64,000 nt of DNA from Alphaproteobacteria bacterium (GTDB taxonomy: Bacteria; Pseudomonadota; Alphaproteobacteria; UBA828). Made by a program: the position numbers and the translations under genes. The notes below the pieces were generated by a model. The model searched no databases. It was given only the letters and a program-made list of their open reading frames with translations, and was not told where the DNA came from. This document shows positions 27,780-38,102 of this stretch, piece after piece. Where the stretch lies: NCBI GenBank assembly GCA_963667785.2, contig CAXXMU010000005.1, positions 352,001 through 416,000 on the forward strand. Direction: 5' to 3'. Position 1 is the stretch's first letter, and every line of letters begins with the position of its first letter.

Positions 27780-27936
27780 ACAAAAACGCTCCGGCCTTTT
27801 ATCGCTCACGGCAGCCGGCTTGCAGCCGGCGCCGTCGCGCGGGACGCGCGCGGAGCGCACGATGCGGGCGCGCCGCATAAGCGGCGGGCCGCGGTCGCGG
27901 CCTGTCGCGCATCCGTCAAAGACGGACGCGCTGCTA
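27760..27936 (-). repeat. Structured intergenic repeat, copy 2 (inverted)
   Basis: Reverse complement closely matches copy 1; overlaps the ROK 3' end and the protease-like gene stop. Confidence 0.85.
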
Positions 27937-28914
27937 GTGAAGCTGGGGGGTCTTGAGGTACTCGTCGCGGGTGGCGGTGAGCACCCGCACCTCGTGGGGC
28001 TCGCCGTTGCGCATGACGGTGAGCGGCACGGCAACGCCGGCCTCGCCGACCGCCCAGACGCTGCGGAAGAGCTCGACCAGGCTGCCCACGGGCTGCCGGT
28101 TAACCGCCAGCACCTGGTCGCCGACCTGGAGCTCCGCCTGCTCGGCGGGACCCTCCGGCGCCAGGCCCGCGACGACGAGCGCATCATCTACCTCGGTGAC
28201 GTAGGCGCCGAGCCAGGGCCTGGGCGGGCGCTGGGTGCGGCCGAGCGTCTGCATGTCGTCCACGATCGGCTTCAGCAGGTCGATCGGCACGATCATGTTG
28301 CCGTCGAGCGTGTCCTCGCCGCCGGCGCCGGCCTGGCGCACCAGCAGCGAGCCGATGCCGACGAGGCAGCCGTGCCGGTCGATCAGCGCGCTGCCGCCCC
28401 AGTTGGGATGCGGCGGGGCGGTGAACAGCGCCTCGTCGAGCACGTATTCCCAATAGCCGGCGAACTCGCGCTTGGCGGTGACGCGGGCGTTGAGCGAGCG
28501 CCGCCGGCCGCCTTCGCCGGCCACGATCACGTAGTCGCCGACCTCGAGCGCGGCCGAGCTGCCGATCTCCAGCGGGGGCACGCCGAAGCGGCCGAGCGCC
28601 TGCACCAGGCCGAAGCCGGATTCGAAGTCGTAGCCCAGCGCGTGGCCCTCGAGCACGCTGCCGTCGCTCGCCGTCAGCCACACGGAGTCCGCCTCGGCGA
28701 TCAGGTAGCCGATGGTCAGCACTAGGCCGCTCGCCCCGATCAGCACCCCGTTGCCGGTCCTCTCCGTGCCCAGAATGCCGGCGGTGAACGCATCCTCCGC
28801 GATGGTCGCGCGCAGGCTCACCATCGCGCCCAGCGCGCGATCGAGATCGAACGACACCTGCTCCTGCTTCGGCTGGGCCGAGTGCGGGATCTCCCAGTCG
28901 AACTCCTCGCTCAT
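27934..28914 (-). CDS. S1C/DegP-like trypsin-fold plus PDZ protein lacking the canonical catalytic motifs
   Basis: RTGNGVLI, LTIGYLI, YDFESGFGLV and PNWGGSAL; C-terminal PDZ (GPAEQA.L..GD). Confidence 0.8.
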   Translation of the reverse strand: MSEEFDWEIPHSAQPKQEQVSFDLDRALGAMVSLRATIAEDAFTAGILGTERTGNGVLIGASGLVLTIGYLIAEADSVWLTASDGSVLEGHALGYDFESGFGLVQALGRFGVPPLEIGSSAALEVGDYVIVAGEGGRRRSLNARVTAKREFAGYWEYVLDEALFTAPPHPNWGGSALIDRHGCLVGIGSLLVRQAGAGGEDTLDGNMIVPIDLLKPIVDDMQTLGRTQRPPRPWLGAYVTEVDDALVVAGLAPEGPAEQAELQVGDQVLAVNRQPVGSLVELFRSVWAVGEAGVAVPLTVMRNGEPHEVRVLTATRDEYLKTPQLH

Positions 28915-29023
28915 GCCCCCTGTCCTGACTGTTTTCCCTGGGCCACGCCCCGAAACTATCCCGTCCCCGCCGCACCCTGGCAAGGGGCGTGGCGGGTTGG
29001 AAAGCGGGCCGGGCGGGACCGCC

Positions 29024-30575
29024 TCAGGGCGAGAGATCGCCCCGGAACAGCACGTCGAAGGGGATGCCGTTGACGGTGACGGCGCCGTCGCGGCGGAGGT
29101 CGAACTCGTAGGCATGGACGGCCGCGCCGGTCCCTTCGTCGAGGACCGGCCGGCCGAGCCCCTGGAGCACGACCAGGAACGCCACCGCCGCCTCGTCTCC
29201 CTCCCTCACGGCCAGGGCCAGGAGCTCGCTCAGCCCGGCGATGCGCGCGTTCACGCGGCCGACGAGGCCGAAGAGGCTCGCGGGCTCGATCCGGAGGCTG
29301 CCGTCGGCCCAGAACTCGTATGACGGCGCGCGCGCGTGGATCTCCCGCAGGTCGAGCGCCGTATCGGCCGCATCGAGGTGCGCGAGAACATCGTCCGGCA
29401 GCGAATAGCGCCGGCTCTCGGGCGCTTCGCCCCGCTCCTCGAGGGCGGCAAACGTCTCGGCGAGCCGCCGCAGCGGCAGCCTCTCCAGCGCCAGGTCGAC
29501 GGTGGCCCCCTGGGGCATGAACGCGGACGGCAGGCCGGCAACCCCCTCCCAGTCGAGCAGCAGATCGGAGACCGTGATCCGCGTGGCAAGCTCGGCGTGC
29601 GCCGCGCGGTCGTCGAGTTCCACCTGCCAGACGAGCTCGCCGAGCGCGACACTGTCACCGCCGCCCGGCTCCTCGCGGGAGATCGTCATCGCCAGGTCGC
29701 GGATCGTGACGGTCGAGTCCGATCGCCCCCAGCGGCCCTCGAAGAGGGGCGCAAACGCGAAGTCGAGCGCATCCGGCGCGAGCTCGACCTCGCCGAGCAT
29801 GCCGATGCCGAAGTCGCGGCGCATCTGCAGCACCGCCTCCCGGTCGAGACCCTCGAAACTGCCGGTGACCTCGACCGCCCCGAGCGAGAGGTCCTCGGAC
29901 TCGAGGCCGGAGAGAGACAGCGAGTAGCGGCCGTCCCAGAGCCCGTCGGCGCGCTCGACCAGCTCGTCGGCAAGGACGACCGCCGCGAGCGAGGCGATCG
30001 CCGCGCCGCCCGCGCTCGTGCGCTCGAAGGCCCGCAGCCGCGCGGCGGACACGTCCAGCCGGGTCGCGATCTCCAGGTCCGAGCGCCAGGTGCCGGAAAT
30101 CGCGCTCTCGCCGACGGTGAAGCGCTCCGCCCGCCTGTCGGTCGCCGGCGGCAGGGCCGACTCGAAGTCGTACGCGGCCCCGCCCCGGGGCGTGACCGCG
30201 ATCGCGAGATCGCCCAGATCCAGGAAGTCGCTGCCGCTGGAGGGCTCCGCCAGCCGCGCGCCGGGGAGGTGGACGGTGACGGTGCCGTCCCTCTCCTCGG
30301 CCCACATCGGCTCGGAGAGCGAGAGCCGGAGGCCGTCGGAGCCGGCGCCGAGCCGCTGCTCCAGCCAGTCGGCGATGGGGAGCATGACCCGGCCTTCCCT
30401 GCTGTCGGGATCGACCGGCGCCACGGGAATGATCCGCCCGCCGGGCGCGCCCCTTCGCCCCCTCGGCATGCGCCATCCCCGCCGGGAGCAGCGCGAGGCC
30501 GAGGACGAGCGCGGCGGCGAGTGCGACGAGAGCCGCGCCTGCCCGCCGTCGCAGCCGCAATCCCATTCGTCCCAT
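29024..30575 (-). pseudogene. Exported protein (DUF2125/DUF945-like C-terminus), frameshifted near 30450-30460 (or sequencing error)
   Basis: Signal peptide MGLRLRRR...AHAEG lies in one frame and the body ending YEFDLRRDGAVTVNGIPF in another; removing one G from a G-run joins them. Confidence 0.55.
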
Positions 30576-30582
30576 CTCCCGC

Positions 30583-31413
30583 TCAGTCGACGCGCGGGAT
30601 GTCCTCCGTCGGTGTCGTGATCGCGGTGTAGAGATCGGGACGGCGGTCCCTGAACATGGGCCAGGCGCGCCGCGCGGCGAACACCTGCGTTCTCTCCAGC
30701 GTCGCCGTGATCGTCTCGTCGCCGGCGTCGCCGGCCTCGGCGAGCACCTGCGAATCCGGCGCGACGATCATGCTGCGCCCGCCGAAGGTCCACTCCCCCT
30801 CCAGCCCCACCTTGTTGCAGGGCGCGAAGTAGACGCCGTTCTCGAAGGCGCGGGTCTGCATCGTCTCGCGCCAGCAGGCGAAGGGCGGGCAGGCGAAGGG
30901 CACCACGATCAGCTCCGCCCCGTTGACCGCGGCGCAGCGCGCCGATTCCGGGAAGAACGTGTCGTAGCAGATGTTGATTCCGACCCGCCATTCGCCGATG
31001 CGGAACACGGGAAAGTGCGAGCCGTAGCGGAAGTAGATCTTCTCCAGGCTGCGCACCGCCGCCGGGTGCGCCTTGCGGTAGCGGCCGAGGATGGCACCCG
31101 CCGGGTCGATGACGATGGCGCTGTCGTAGCAGAGCCCCGCCGAATCCGCCTCGAAGATGGTGGCGACGATGTGAATGCCGTGCTCGCGCGCCTTCTCGCG
31201 CATGGTCGAGATGGCGATGCCGTCCTCGCCCTCGGCCTCGTCGATATGCGCGTAGTCGCGATACTGGAAGACGTAGGGGTGGTTGAAGAACTCCGGCACG
31301 ACCACGAGATCGGGTTTTTGGGCCGCCACCGCCCGGTCGATGTAGCCTGCCGCGCGGGCCACGTTCTCCGCATGATCGGGCGTGCTGTTCATCTGGATCA
31401 GGCAGAGTTTCAT
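30583..31413 (-). CDS. Carbon-nitrogen hydrolase (nitrilase superfamily)
   Basis: VVPEFF, YRKAH and ICYDTFFPE (E-K-C triad). Confidence 0.9.
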   Translation of the reverse strand: MKLCLIQMNSTPDHAENVARAAGYIDRAVAAQKPDLVVVPEFFNHPYVFQYRDYAHIDEAEGEDGIAISTMREKAREHGIHIVATIFEADSAGLCYDSAIVIDPAGAILGRYRKAHPAAVRSLEKIYFRYGSHFPVFRIGEWRVGINICYDTFFPESARCAAVNGAELIVVPFACPPFACWRETMQTRAFENGVYFAPCNKVGLEGEWTFGGRSMIVAPDSQVLAEAGDAGDETITATLERTQVFAARRAWPMFRDRRPDLYTAITTPTEDIPRVD

Positions 31414-31520
31414 CGCACTTCCCCCCGTGCTATCCCGCGCCCGTTGCGCGGCCTCAGCGTAGCGGCAATCGCCGGCGCCGGCCACGGCGGCGCCCTGGGC
31501 AACGAAGGGGGACGGAGCGC

Positions 31521-32555
31521 ATGAGCGAGCACGTGCTCACCACCGCCGTCGTCGGCAGCTATCCGCAGCCGGACTGGCTCGTCGACAGGGACAACCTGGT
31601 GAACAGGCTGCCGCCCAGGGTGCGGGCGCAGGAGATCTGGCGCATCCCGCACGAGCATCTGGAAGAGGCGCAGGAGGCGGCGACTCTGGCCGCGATCAGG
31701 GATCAGGAGCGCGCCGGACTCGACGTCGTCAGCGACGGCGAGATCAGGCGCGAGAGCTATTCCAACCGGCTCGCCACCGCGCTCGGCGGCATCGACAGGG
31801 AGCGGAGCGGCACCGCGATGGACCGAACCGGGAAGCCCGCCGCCGTCCCCCTCGTCTCAGGGCCGATCCGGCGCGAGCGCCCCATCGAGGTGGACGACGT
31901 GCGCTTTCTGCGCGCCAATACCGAGCGCACGATCAAAATCACCCTGCCCGGCCCCTTCACCATGACCCAGCAGGCCGAGAACGCCCATTACCCGGACGAC
32001 GAGAGCCTCGCCATGGCCTACGCCGCGGCCGTGAACGAGGAGGTCAGGGACCTCTTCGCCGCCGGCGCCGACATCGTGCAGCTCGACGAGCCCTACGTGC
32101 AGGCCCGGCCGGAGGCCGCGCGCGCCTATGCGGTGAAGGCGATCAACCGGGCTCTCGACGGCGTGGACGGCAAGACCGCGCTGCACCTCTGCTTCGGTTA
32201 CGCGGCCGTGGTTCACGACAAGCCGTCGGGTTACTCCTTCCTGCCGGAGCTGGAGGCCGCAAGGGTCGATCAGATCTCCATCGAGGCGGCGCAGCCGGGC
32301 CTCGACCCGGCGATCCTCGCCAACCTGCCGTCGAAGGAGATCCTCTACGGCGTGATCGACATGAGCGATCCCGCCGTCGAGCGGCCGGAGACGGTGGCGG
32401 CCAGGCTGCGCCAGGCGCTCGGCGTCGTGCCGGCGGAGCGCCTCGTCGCCGCGCCGGACTGCGGCATGAAGTACCTCACGCGCGCCACCGCGTTCGGCAA
32501 GCTCCGGGCGATGGTCGAGGGCGCCGCCATCGTCCGCCGCGAAGTCACGGGGTAA
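31521..32555 (+). CDS. Cobalamin-independent methionine synthase II family (single-barrel MetE-like)
   Basis: VGSYPQP, DGEIRRE, PGPFT, QLDEP, HLCFG and PDCG. Confidence 0.9.
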   Translation: MSEHVLTTAVVGSYPQPDWLVDRDNLVNRLPPRVRAQEIWRIPHEHLEEAQEAATLAAIRDQERAGLDVVSDGEIRRESYSNRLATALGGIDRERSGTAMDRTGKPAAVPLVSGPIRRERPIEVDDVRFLRANTERTIKITLPGPFTMTQQAENAHYPDDESLAMAYAAAVNEEVRDLFAAGADIVQLDEPYVQARPEAARAYAVKAINRALDGVDGKTALHLCFGYAAVVHDKPSGYSFLPELEAARVDQISIEAAQPGLDPAILANLPSKEILYGVIDMSDPAVERPETVAARLRQALGVVPAERLVAAPDCGMKYLTRATAFGKLRAMVEGAAIVRREVTG

Positions 32556-32699
32556 GCGAGCCAGTCTTTGACGGGCTCGCGACAGGCCGCGACTGCGGCT
32601 CGCCGCTTATGCGGCGCCCTCGCGGAGGCGCCGGCCGGAGGCCGGCTGCCGTGAGCGACAAAGAGCCGGGGCATTTCCGTGCATTAAGAAGACGCTTGA
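32553..32699 (+). repeat. Structured intergenic repeat, copy 3
   Basis: Starts at the TAA stop; GCGAGCC..GGCTCGC, GCCGCTTATGCGGC and CTGCCGTGAGCGACAAA. Confidence 0.8.
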
Positions 32700-32709
32700 G
32701 CAATCGCGC

Positions 32710-33969
32710 TCAGGCGCCCTCTTGCGCGGCGTCCTCGTCGCGGGTGGCGAGCTCCACCATGGCGTTGAGCAGCACGTCGCAACCGGCGGCGATGTCCGCC
32801 TGGGTGGCGGATTCGATCTCGTTGTGGCTGATCCCGTCCTCGCAGGGAATGAAGATCATGCCGGTCGGCGCCACGCGGGAGACGTAGACCGCGTCGTGGC
32901 CCGCGCCGGAGGTGATCGGCCGGCTCGCGTAGCCGAGGGATTCCGCCGCGTTCTGCACGGCGCCCACGCAATCGGCGGCGAACTTCACCGGCGGCGAGTG
33001 CCAGATCTCCTCGAGGGTGATCTCCAGCCCGCGCGCGGCGGCGAGCGCATCGGCCCGGCGATTGGCCTCTGCGGTCATCGCCTTGAGCGTGTCTGCATCC
33101 GGGTGGCGCAGGTCGACCGAGAAGTAGACCGAGCCGGGGATGACGTTCCGCGAGTTGGGGCTCACCCGCATGACGCCCACGGTGGAGCGGGCGTCGGGGG
33201 CGTTCTCCAGGGCGAGGCCGTCGATCTCAGCGACCAGAAGCGCGGCACCCACCAGCGCGTCGCGGCGGCGCTCCATGGGCGTGGTGCCGGCGTGGGACTC
33301 CATGCCGGTGACGGTCGCGTCGAACCAGCTGATGCCCTGGACCCCCTGCACGATGCCGATGGTCTTCTCCTCGGCCTCGAGGATCGGCCCCTGCTCGATA
33401 TGGGCTTCGAAGAAGGCGCCGACCTCGCGCCCGCCGCACTCCATCTCGCCGGCATAGCCGATGCGCTCCAGCTCCTCGCCGATGGTCTTGCCGTCGACGT
33501 CGGCGCACGCCAGCCCCTCTTCCAGGGTGAAGACGCCGCCGAAGACGCCCGAGGCCACCATGGCCGGCGCGAAGCGCGAGCCCTCCTCGTTGGTCCAGGC
33601 CGAGACCTCGATGGGCGCGTCGGTCTCGTAGCCGAGGTCGTTGAGGGTGCGGATCACCTCGAGGCCGGCGAGCACGCCGTAGATGCCGTCGAATTTGCCG
33701 CCCGTCGGCTGGCTGTCGATGTGGCTGCCGGTCATCACCGGCGGCAGCGTGTCGTCCCGGCCGGCGCGGCGGGCAAAGATGTTGCCCATCCTGTCGACGC
33801 TGACGGTGCAGCCCGCCTCCTCGCACCAGCGAACGAAGAGGTCGCGGGCCGCCTTGTCCACGTCGGTGAGCGCGAGGCGGCAGACGCCGCCCTTCTCCGT
33901 CGCACCGATCTTCGCCATCTCCATCAGGCTCGCCCACAGGCGATCGCCATCCACCTTGAAGTTCCGCAC
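32710..33969 (-). CDS. Zn-dependent N-carbamoyl-amino acid amidohydrolase (M20, HyuC/PydC-like)
   Basis: GSHIDSQPTGGKFDG, NEEGSRF, EAHIEQGP, HAGT and SGAGHDA. Confidence 0.92.
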   Translation of the reverse strand: MRNFKVDGDRLWASLMEMAKIGATEKGGVCRLALTDVDKAARDLFVRWCEEAGCTVSVDRMGNIFARRAGRDDTLPPVMTGSHIDSQPTGGKFDGIYGVLAGLEVIRTLNDLGYETDAPIEVSAWTNEEGSRFAPAMVASGVFGGVFTLEEGLACADVDGKTIGEELERIGYAGEMECGGREVGAFFEAHIEQGPILEAEEKTIGIVQGVQGISWFDATVTGMESHAGTTPMERRRDALVGAALLVAEIDGLALENAPDARSTVGVMRVSPNSRNVIPGSVYFSVDLRHPDADTLKAMTAEANRRADALAAARGLEITLEEIWHSPPVKFAADCVGAVQNAAESLGYASRPITSGAGHDAVYVSRVAPTGMIFIPCEDGISHNEIESATQADIAAGCDVLLNAMVELATRDEDAAQEGA

Positions 33970-34052
33970 CGTCCCGCTCCATCGCTGTCATCGACCCGCA
34001 AAGCGCGCATTATAGAGTGCCGCAACGATCGCGGGAGACGCCAACAGTGCCG

Positions 34053-34567
34053 ATGGCCGCGGCGAGGGCCGCCCCGATCCTGCCCGACGTGCTGGGCCCC
34101 GGCCTGCGCGTCGTCTTCTGCGGCTCGGCGGCAGGCGCGGCATCGGCGCGGGCCGGCGCCTACTACGCCGGGCCCGGCAACCGCTTCTGGCCGACGCTCC
34201 ACCGCGTCGGCCTCACGCCCCGCCTGCTCGCGCCCGCCGAATTCCGCTCGGTGCTGGACTATCGCCTCGGGCTGACCGACCTTTGCAAGACGGAATCCGG
34301 GGCGGATTCCGCTCTCTCGGGGCAGGGCCGACGATGCCGCCGCGCTCGCCGAGAAGATCGCCCGCCACGAGCCCGCCATCCTCGCCTTCAACGGCAAGCG
34401 CGCGGCACGCGCCTTTCTGGATGCCGGGACACTGGACTACGGTGCGCGGCGCGAGCGCATCGGCGGGACCGCAATCCACGTGCTGCCCTCCACCTCGGGC
34501 GCGGCGCGGCGCCTGGTGGGACGAGACCTTCTGGCGCAGAGTGGCGCAAGCCGCGCATCGGGCCTGA
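34053..34567 (+). pseudogene. mug: Mismatch-specific uracil/thymine DNA glycosylase with two frameshifts (or sequencing errors)
   Basis: PDVLGPGLRVVFCG and YYAGPGNRFW in one frame; AFNGKRA..LPSTSGAA in the next; WWDETFW in the third. Confidence 0.75.
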
Positions 34568-34578
34568 GGGAGAGAGCC

Positions 34579-36261
34579 ATGGCGATCAGCAGCGAGACCA
34601 TCAGGCGGCTGAACGAGGAGTGCCAGCGCATTCCGCTGCCAGACGAGCGACTGGCCGAGCTGCCGGTCGAGCTCGGCCAGCTCCACGCAGCGGTGGAAGC
34701 CGCGCGCCCCGCTCACGACTTCGATCGCGAGCCGTCCGCCTTCGAGCAACGACTGCACGCGCTCGCCGCCGGCGGCGACGACGGGGCCACGGCAGCGGAC
34801 GGCGCGGGCGCGGGCGGACGCACCGGCGCGGGCGGAAGCGCCGACGAGATCGCGGCGCTCAGCCTCTGCGAGGCGGCAGATGCGGTGGCGGCGGGCGCGC
34901 TCAGCGCCACCGCACTGGTGGAGGCGGCGCTCGACCGCATCGACCGGCTGGACGCAGAGCTCCACGCCTTCATCCGCCTCGACCGCGAGGATGCCCTCGC
35001 CCGCGCCGGCGAGATCGACCGCGCGCGCGGCCGGGGCGCGGCGGCAGGCCCGCTCGCCGGCGTGCCGATGGCCCACAAGGACATGTACTACCGGGCCGGC
35101 GCCGTCTCCACCTGCGGCGCCCGGATCCGCCGGGAATTCCGCCCGGCCGCGACGGCGACCGCACTTGCGCGCCTCGATGCGGCCGGCGCCATCGACCTCG
35201 GCGGGCTCGCCATGGTCGAGTTCGCCATGGGCCCCCACGGCTTCAACGCCCACCTGCCGCGCTGCCGCAACGTCTGGGACTTCGAGCGCATCCCCTGCGG
35301 CTCCTCGTCGGGCTCCGGCACGGCGGTCGCGGGCCGCCTCGTCCATGCCGCGCTCGGCTCCGACACCGGCGGCTCGATTCGCTGCCCGGCGGCCGCCAAC
35401 GGCGTGGTCGGCATCAACGCGACGCGGGGGCGCGTGAGCCGCTACGGCGCCATGCCGATGTCGTGGTCGCTCGACGTGGTGGGCCCGCTGGCGCGGACGG
35501 TGCAGGACTGCGCCCGCGTGCTCGGCGTCATCGCAGGCCTGGACGAGAACGACGCGACCACCAGCGCCGAGCCCGTGCCCGACTACGAGGCGACGCTGGA
35601 GCGGAGCGTGAAGGGCGTGCGCATCGGCATCCCTCGCGGCTACTTCGACGAGGACCTCGACGCGGGCGTGGCCGCCGCCATCGAGGCGAGCCATGCGGTC
35701 TTCGCCGGCCTCGGCGCGACGCTGGTGCCGGTCGCCATGCCGGCCCTGCTGGAGACGGTCTCCGCGATCCACCCGCTGGTGATGAAGGCCGAGGGCGCGG
35801 CCAACCACCTGCCCTGGAAGCGCGCGCGCGACGAGGACTATTCCGACGAGGTGGGCAAGCGCCTGCAGGCGGGCTTCTCCATCCCTGCGACCGACTACAT
35901 CAACGCCCTGCAGTACCGCGCGCATGCGCTCCGGGTCTTTGCCGATGCGGTGTTCCCGCACTGCGACGCGCTGCTGACGCCGGTGCTGCCGATGCCGACG
36001 CCGACGCTGGCGGACACCGCCTATCGCGACGGGCCCGCCTACCTGAAGATGGTCGTGGCGCTCACGCGCAACACCCGTGTGGTGAATTATCTTGGCCTGC
36101 CGGCGTTGAGCGTGACCTGCGGCTTCACGGCCTGTGGCATGCCGACCTCCTTCCAGCTCATCGGCCGGCCCTTCGCCGAAGCGCTGCTCTTCCGCCTCGG
36201 CCACCAGTACCAGCGCGAGACCGACTGGCACCGGCGTGTGCCTGCGGCGCTGCCCGGCTGA
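34579..36261 (+). CDS. Amidase-signature enzyme with fused N-terminal GatC/AtzG-like helical domain
   Basis: AHKD, GSSSGS and GSDTGGSIR triad; ~60 aa N-terminal domain ending DFDREPSAF, then a Gly/Ala linker. Confidence 0.85.
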   Translation: MAISSETIRRLNEECQRIPLPDERLAELPVELGQLHAAVEAARPAHDFDREPSAFEQRLHALAAGGDDGATAADGAGAGGRTGAGGSADEIAALSLCEAADAVAAGALSATALVEAALDRIDRLDAELHAFIRLDREDALARAGEIDRARGRGAAAGPLAGVPMAHKDMYYRAGAVSTCGARIRREFRPAATATALARLDAAGAIDLGGLAMVEFAMGPHGFNAHLPRCRNVWDFERIPCGSSSGSGTAVAGRLVHAALGSDTGGSIRCPAAANGVVGINATRGRVSRYGAMPMSWSLDVVGPLARTVQDCARVLGVIAGLDENDATTSAEPVPDYEATLERSVKGVRIGIPRGYFDEDLDAGVAAAIEASHAVFAGLGATLVPVAMPALLETVSAIHPLVMKAEGAANHLPWKRARDEDYSDEVGKRLQAGFSIPATDYINALQYRAHALRVFADAVFPHCDALLTPVLPMPTPTLADTAYRDGPAYLKMVVALTRNTRVVNYLGLPALSVTCGFTACGMPTSFQLIGRPFAEALLFRLGHQYQRETDWHRRVPAALPG

Positions 36262-36292
36262 GGGTCGGGCGCCCGGGCGCGGCCGAGGTCGG

Positions 36293-37165
36293 ATGCGACG
36301 GCGCGCGATCGACCGGGCCGGATGGGGGCGCACGGCGCTCTGCGCCGTCGTCGGCTTCGTCTACTTCCTGCCGGTGCTCTGGATCGTGCTCACCGCGTTC
36401 AAGAGCCCGCGCGACATCCTCACCTCGACGCTCGTCTTCACGCCGACCCTCGACAACTTCGCCAACATCTTCACGCGCGTGCACTACGAGGGCGCGGACG
36501 CGATCGACACCGGCTTCGACCTCTACTTCGTCAACAGCATCGTGATCTCGGGCGCGAGCGTGGGGCTCGCGCTGATCCTCGGCACGGCGGCGGCCTACGG
36601 CTTCTCGCGCTGGCCGCTCAGGGGCAACGACAGCTACCTGCTCGCCGTTCTCACCGCGCGGATGCTGCCGCCCATCGTCCTCATCATCCCGCTCTTCGTG
36701 ATCTTCCGCATGACCGGGCTCTCCGGCAGCTATCTCGGCATCATCCTGCTCTACACCGCGTTCAATCTGCCGTTCGCCATCTGGATGATGAAGAGCTTCT
36801 TCGACGACCTGCCGCGCGAGGCGGAGGATGCCGCACGGACCGAGGGCAGCTCCGAATGGCGGGTCTTCTTCCGCATCTGCCTGCCTCAGGTGAAGGCGGG
36901 GTTGGCTGCCACCGCGACGCTCGGCCTCATCCTCACCTGGAACGAGTTCCTGATGGCGCTGCTGCTCACGGGGCCCGAAACGCGGACCGTGCCGGTCGGC
37001 ATGGGCGGCAGCCTCGGCAGCGGCATCGGCGTGGACTGGGGCCGGCTGGCGGCGATCGAGACGCTCTTCCTGATCCCGGTGGTGGTGGTGACCTTCGTGC
37101 TCCAGAACCAGCTCCTGCGGGGGGTGACCTTCGGCACCATCACCCGCGGCCGCGTGCGGCGATAG
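36293..37165 (+). CDS. Carbohydrate ABC transporter permease (MalG-like), no partners nearby
   Basis: RMLPP, NLPFAIWMMKSFFD.LP..EDAA..EG (EAA loop) and WNEF. Confidence 0.9.
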   Translation: MRRRAIDRAGWGRTALCAVVGFVYFLPVLWIVLTAFKSPRDILTSTLVFTPTLDNFANIFTRVHYEGADAIDTGFDLYFVNSIVISGASVGLALILGTAAAYGFSRWPLRGNDSYLLAVLTARMLPPIVLIIPLFVIFRMTGLSGSYLGIILLYTAFNLPFAIWMMKSFFDDLPREAEDAARTEGSSEWRVFFRICLPQVKAGLAATATLGLILTWNEFLMALLLTGPETRTVPVGMGGSLGSGIGVDWGRLAAIETLFLIPVVVVTFVLQNQLLRGVTFGTITRGRVRR

Positions 37166-37206
37166 GGCGCAGCCCGGCGTACCCGTCTACGCCATGCGCC
37201 GAAGCC

Positions 37207-38076
37207 TCAGGGCTGCCGGGCGCAGTGCTGGTAGGTCTCGGGCCGGCGGTCGCGGAAGAACTGCCACGTGTCGCGGACCTCGCGGATCTGGTCGAGGTCG
37301 AGCGTGGCGACCACCAGCTCGTCGTCCTCGTCGCCGCCCTGCGCCAGGATCTCGCCGCGCGGGTTGCAGAAGTAGCTGGAGCCGTAGAACACGTGGTTGC
37401 CGAGGCTGGGCTCGGTGCCGACCCGGTTGTTGGTGCCGATGAAGATGCCGTTGGCGATGGCCGCGCCCACCTGCTCGAGGTTCCAGATGTGGTCGCTGAC
37501 GCCACGGAAGGTCGCCGACGGGTTGAACACCAGCTCCGCGCCCGCGAGCGCGAGCGCGCGCCAGCCCTCGGGGAAGTGCCGGTCGTAGCAGATGTAGACG
37601 CCCACCTTGCCGACCGCGGTGTCGAACACCGGGTAGCCGAGATCGCCGTCGGCGAAGTAGTGCTTCTCGTCGAAGCCGTCGATCTTGGGGATGTGGATCT
37701 TGCGGAACTTGCCGAGATAACTGCCGTCCGCGTCGATCACGGCGGCGGTGTTGTAGAGCGTGCCGCTGCGGTCGCGCTCGTAGACCGGCGAGACGATAAC
37801 CATGCCGTGTTTGGCCGCCGCCTCGCACATCGCCCGGGTGGTAGGCCCGTCCGGCACCGCTTCCGCCGCCTCGAACCACCTGTCGTCGATGGTGGCGGGG
37901 AAGTAGGGCGCGCTGAAGACCTCCTGCAGGCCGAGCACCTGCACGCCCTGCCGCGCCGCGTCCTCGATCAGCGGCATGTGGGCGGCGATCATGCTGTCCC
38001 GGATCGCCTCGATGGAGTCCGTGGCGGGGTCGCCCTTCAGGTTCATCTGAATGAGCGCCGCCTTCACGTTGCGCAT
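37207..38076 (-). CDS. Nitrilase-related C-N hydrolase (beta-ureidopropionase-like), paralog 2
   Basis: LQEVF, KFRKIHIP and YICYDRHFPEGWR. Confidence 0.9.
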   Translation of the reverse strand: MRNVKAALIQMNLKGDPATDSIEAIRDSMIAAHMPLIEDAARQGVQVLGLQEVFSAPYFPATIDDRWFEAAEAVPDGPTTRAMCEAAAKHGMVIVSPVYERDRSGTLYNTAAVIDADGSYLGKFRKIHIPKIDGFDEKHYFADGDLGYPVFDTAVGKVGVYICYDRHFPEGWRALALAGAELVFNPSATFRGVSDHIWNLEQVGAAIANGIFIGTNNRVGTEPSLGNHVFYGSSYFCNPRGEILAQGGDEDDELVVATLDLDQIREVRDTWQFFRDRRPETYQHCARQP

Positions 38077-38102
38077 GTCGGGGCCTCCTCTCCGCCGCCC
38101 GC

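Noticed and set aside
34017-36545. 842-aa ORF as a Mug fusion protein
   Set aside because: Only the first ~100 aa are Mug-like; the rest is out-of-frame translation over the amidase.
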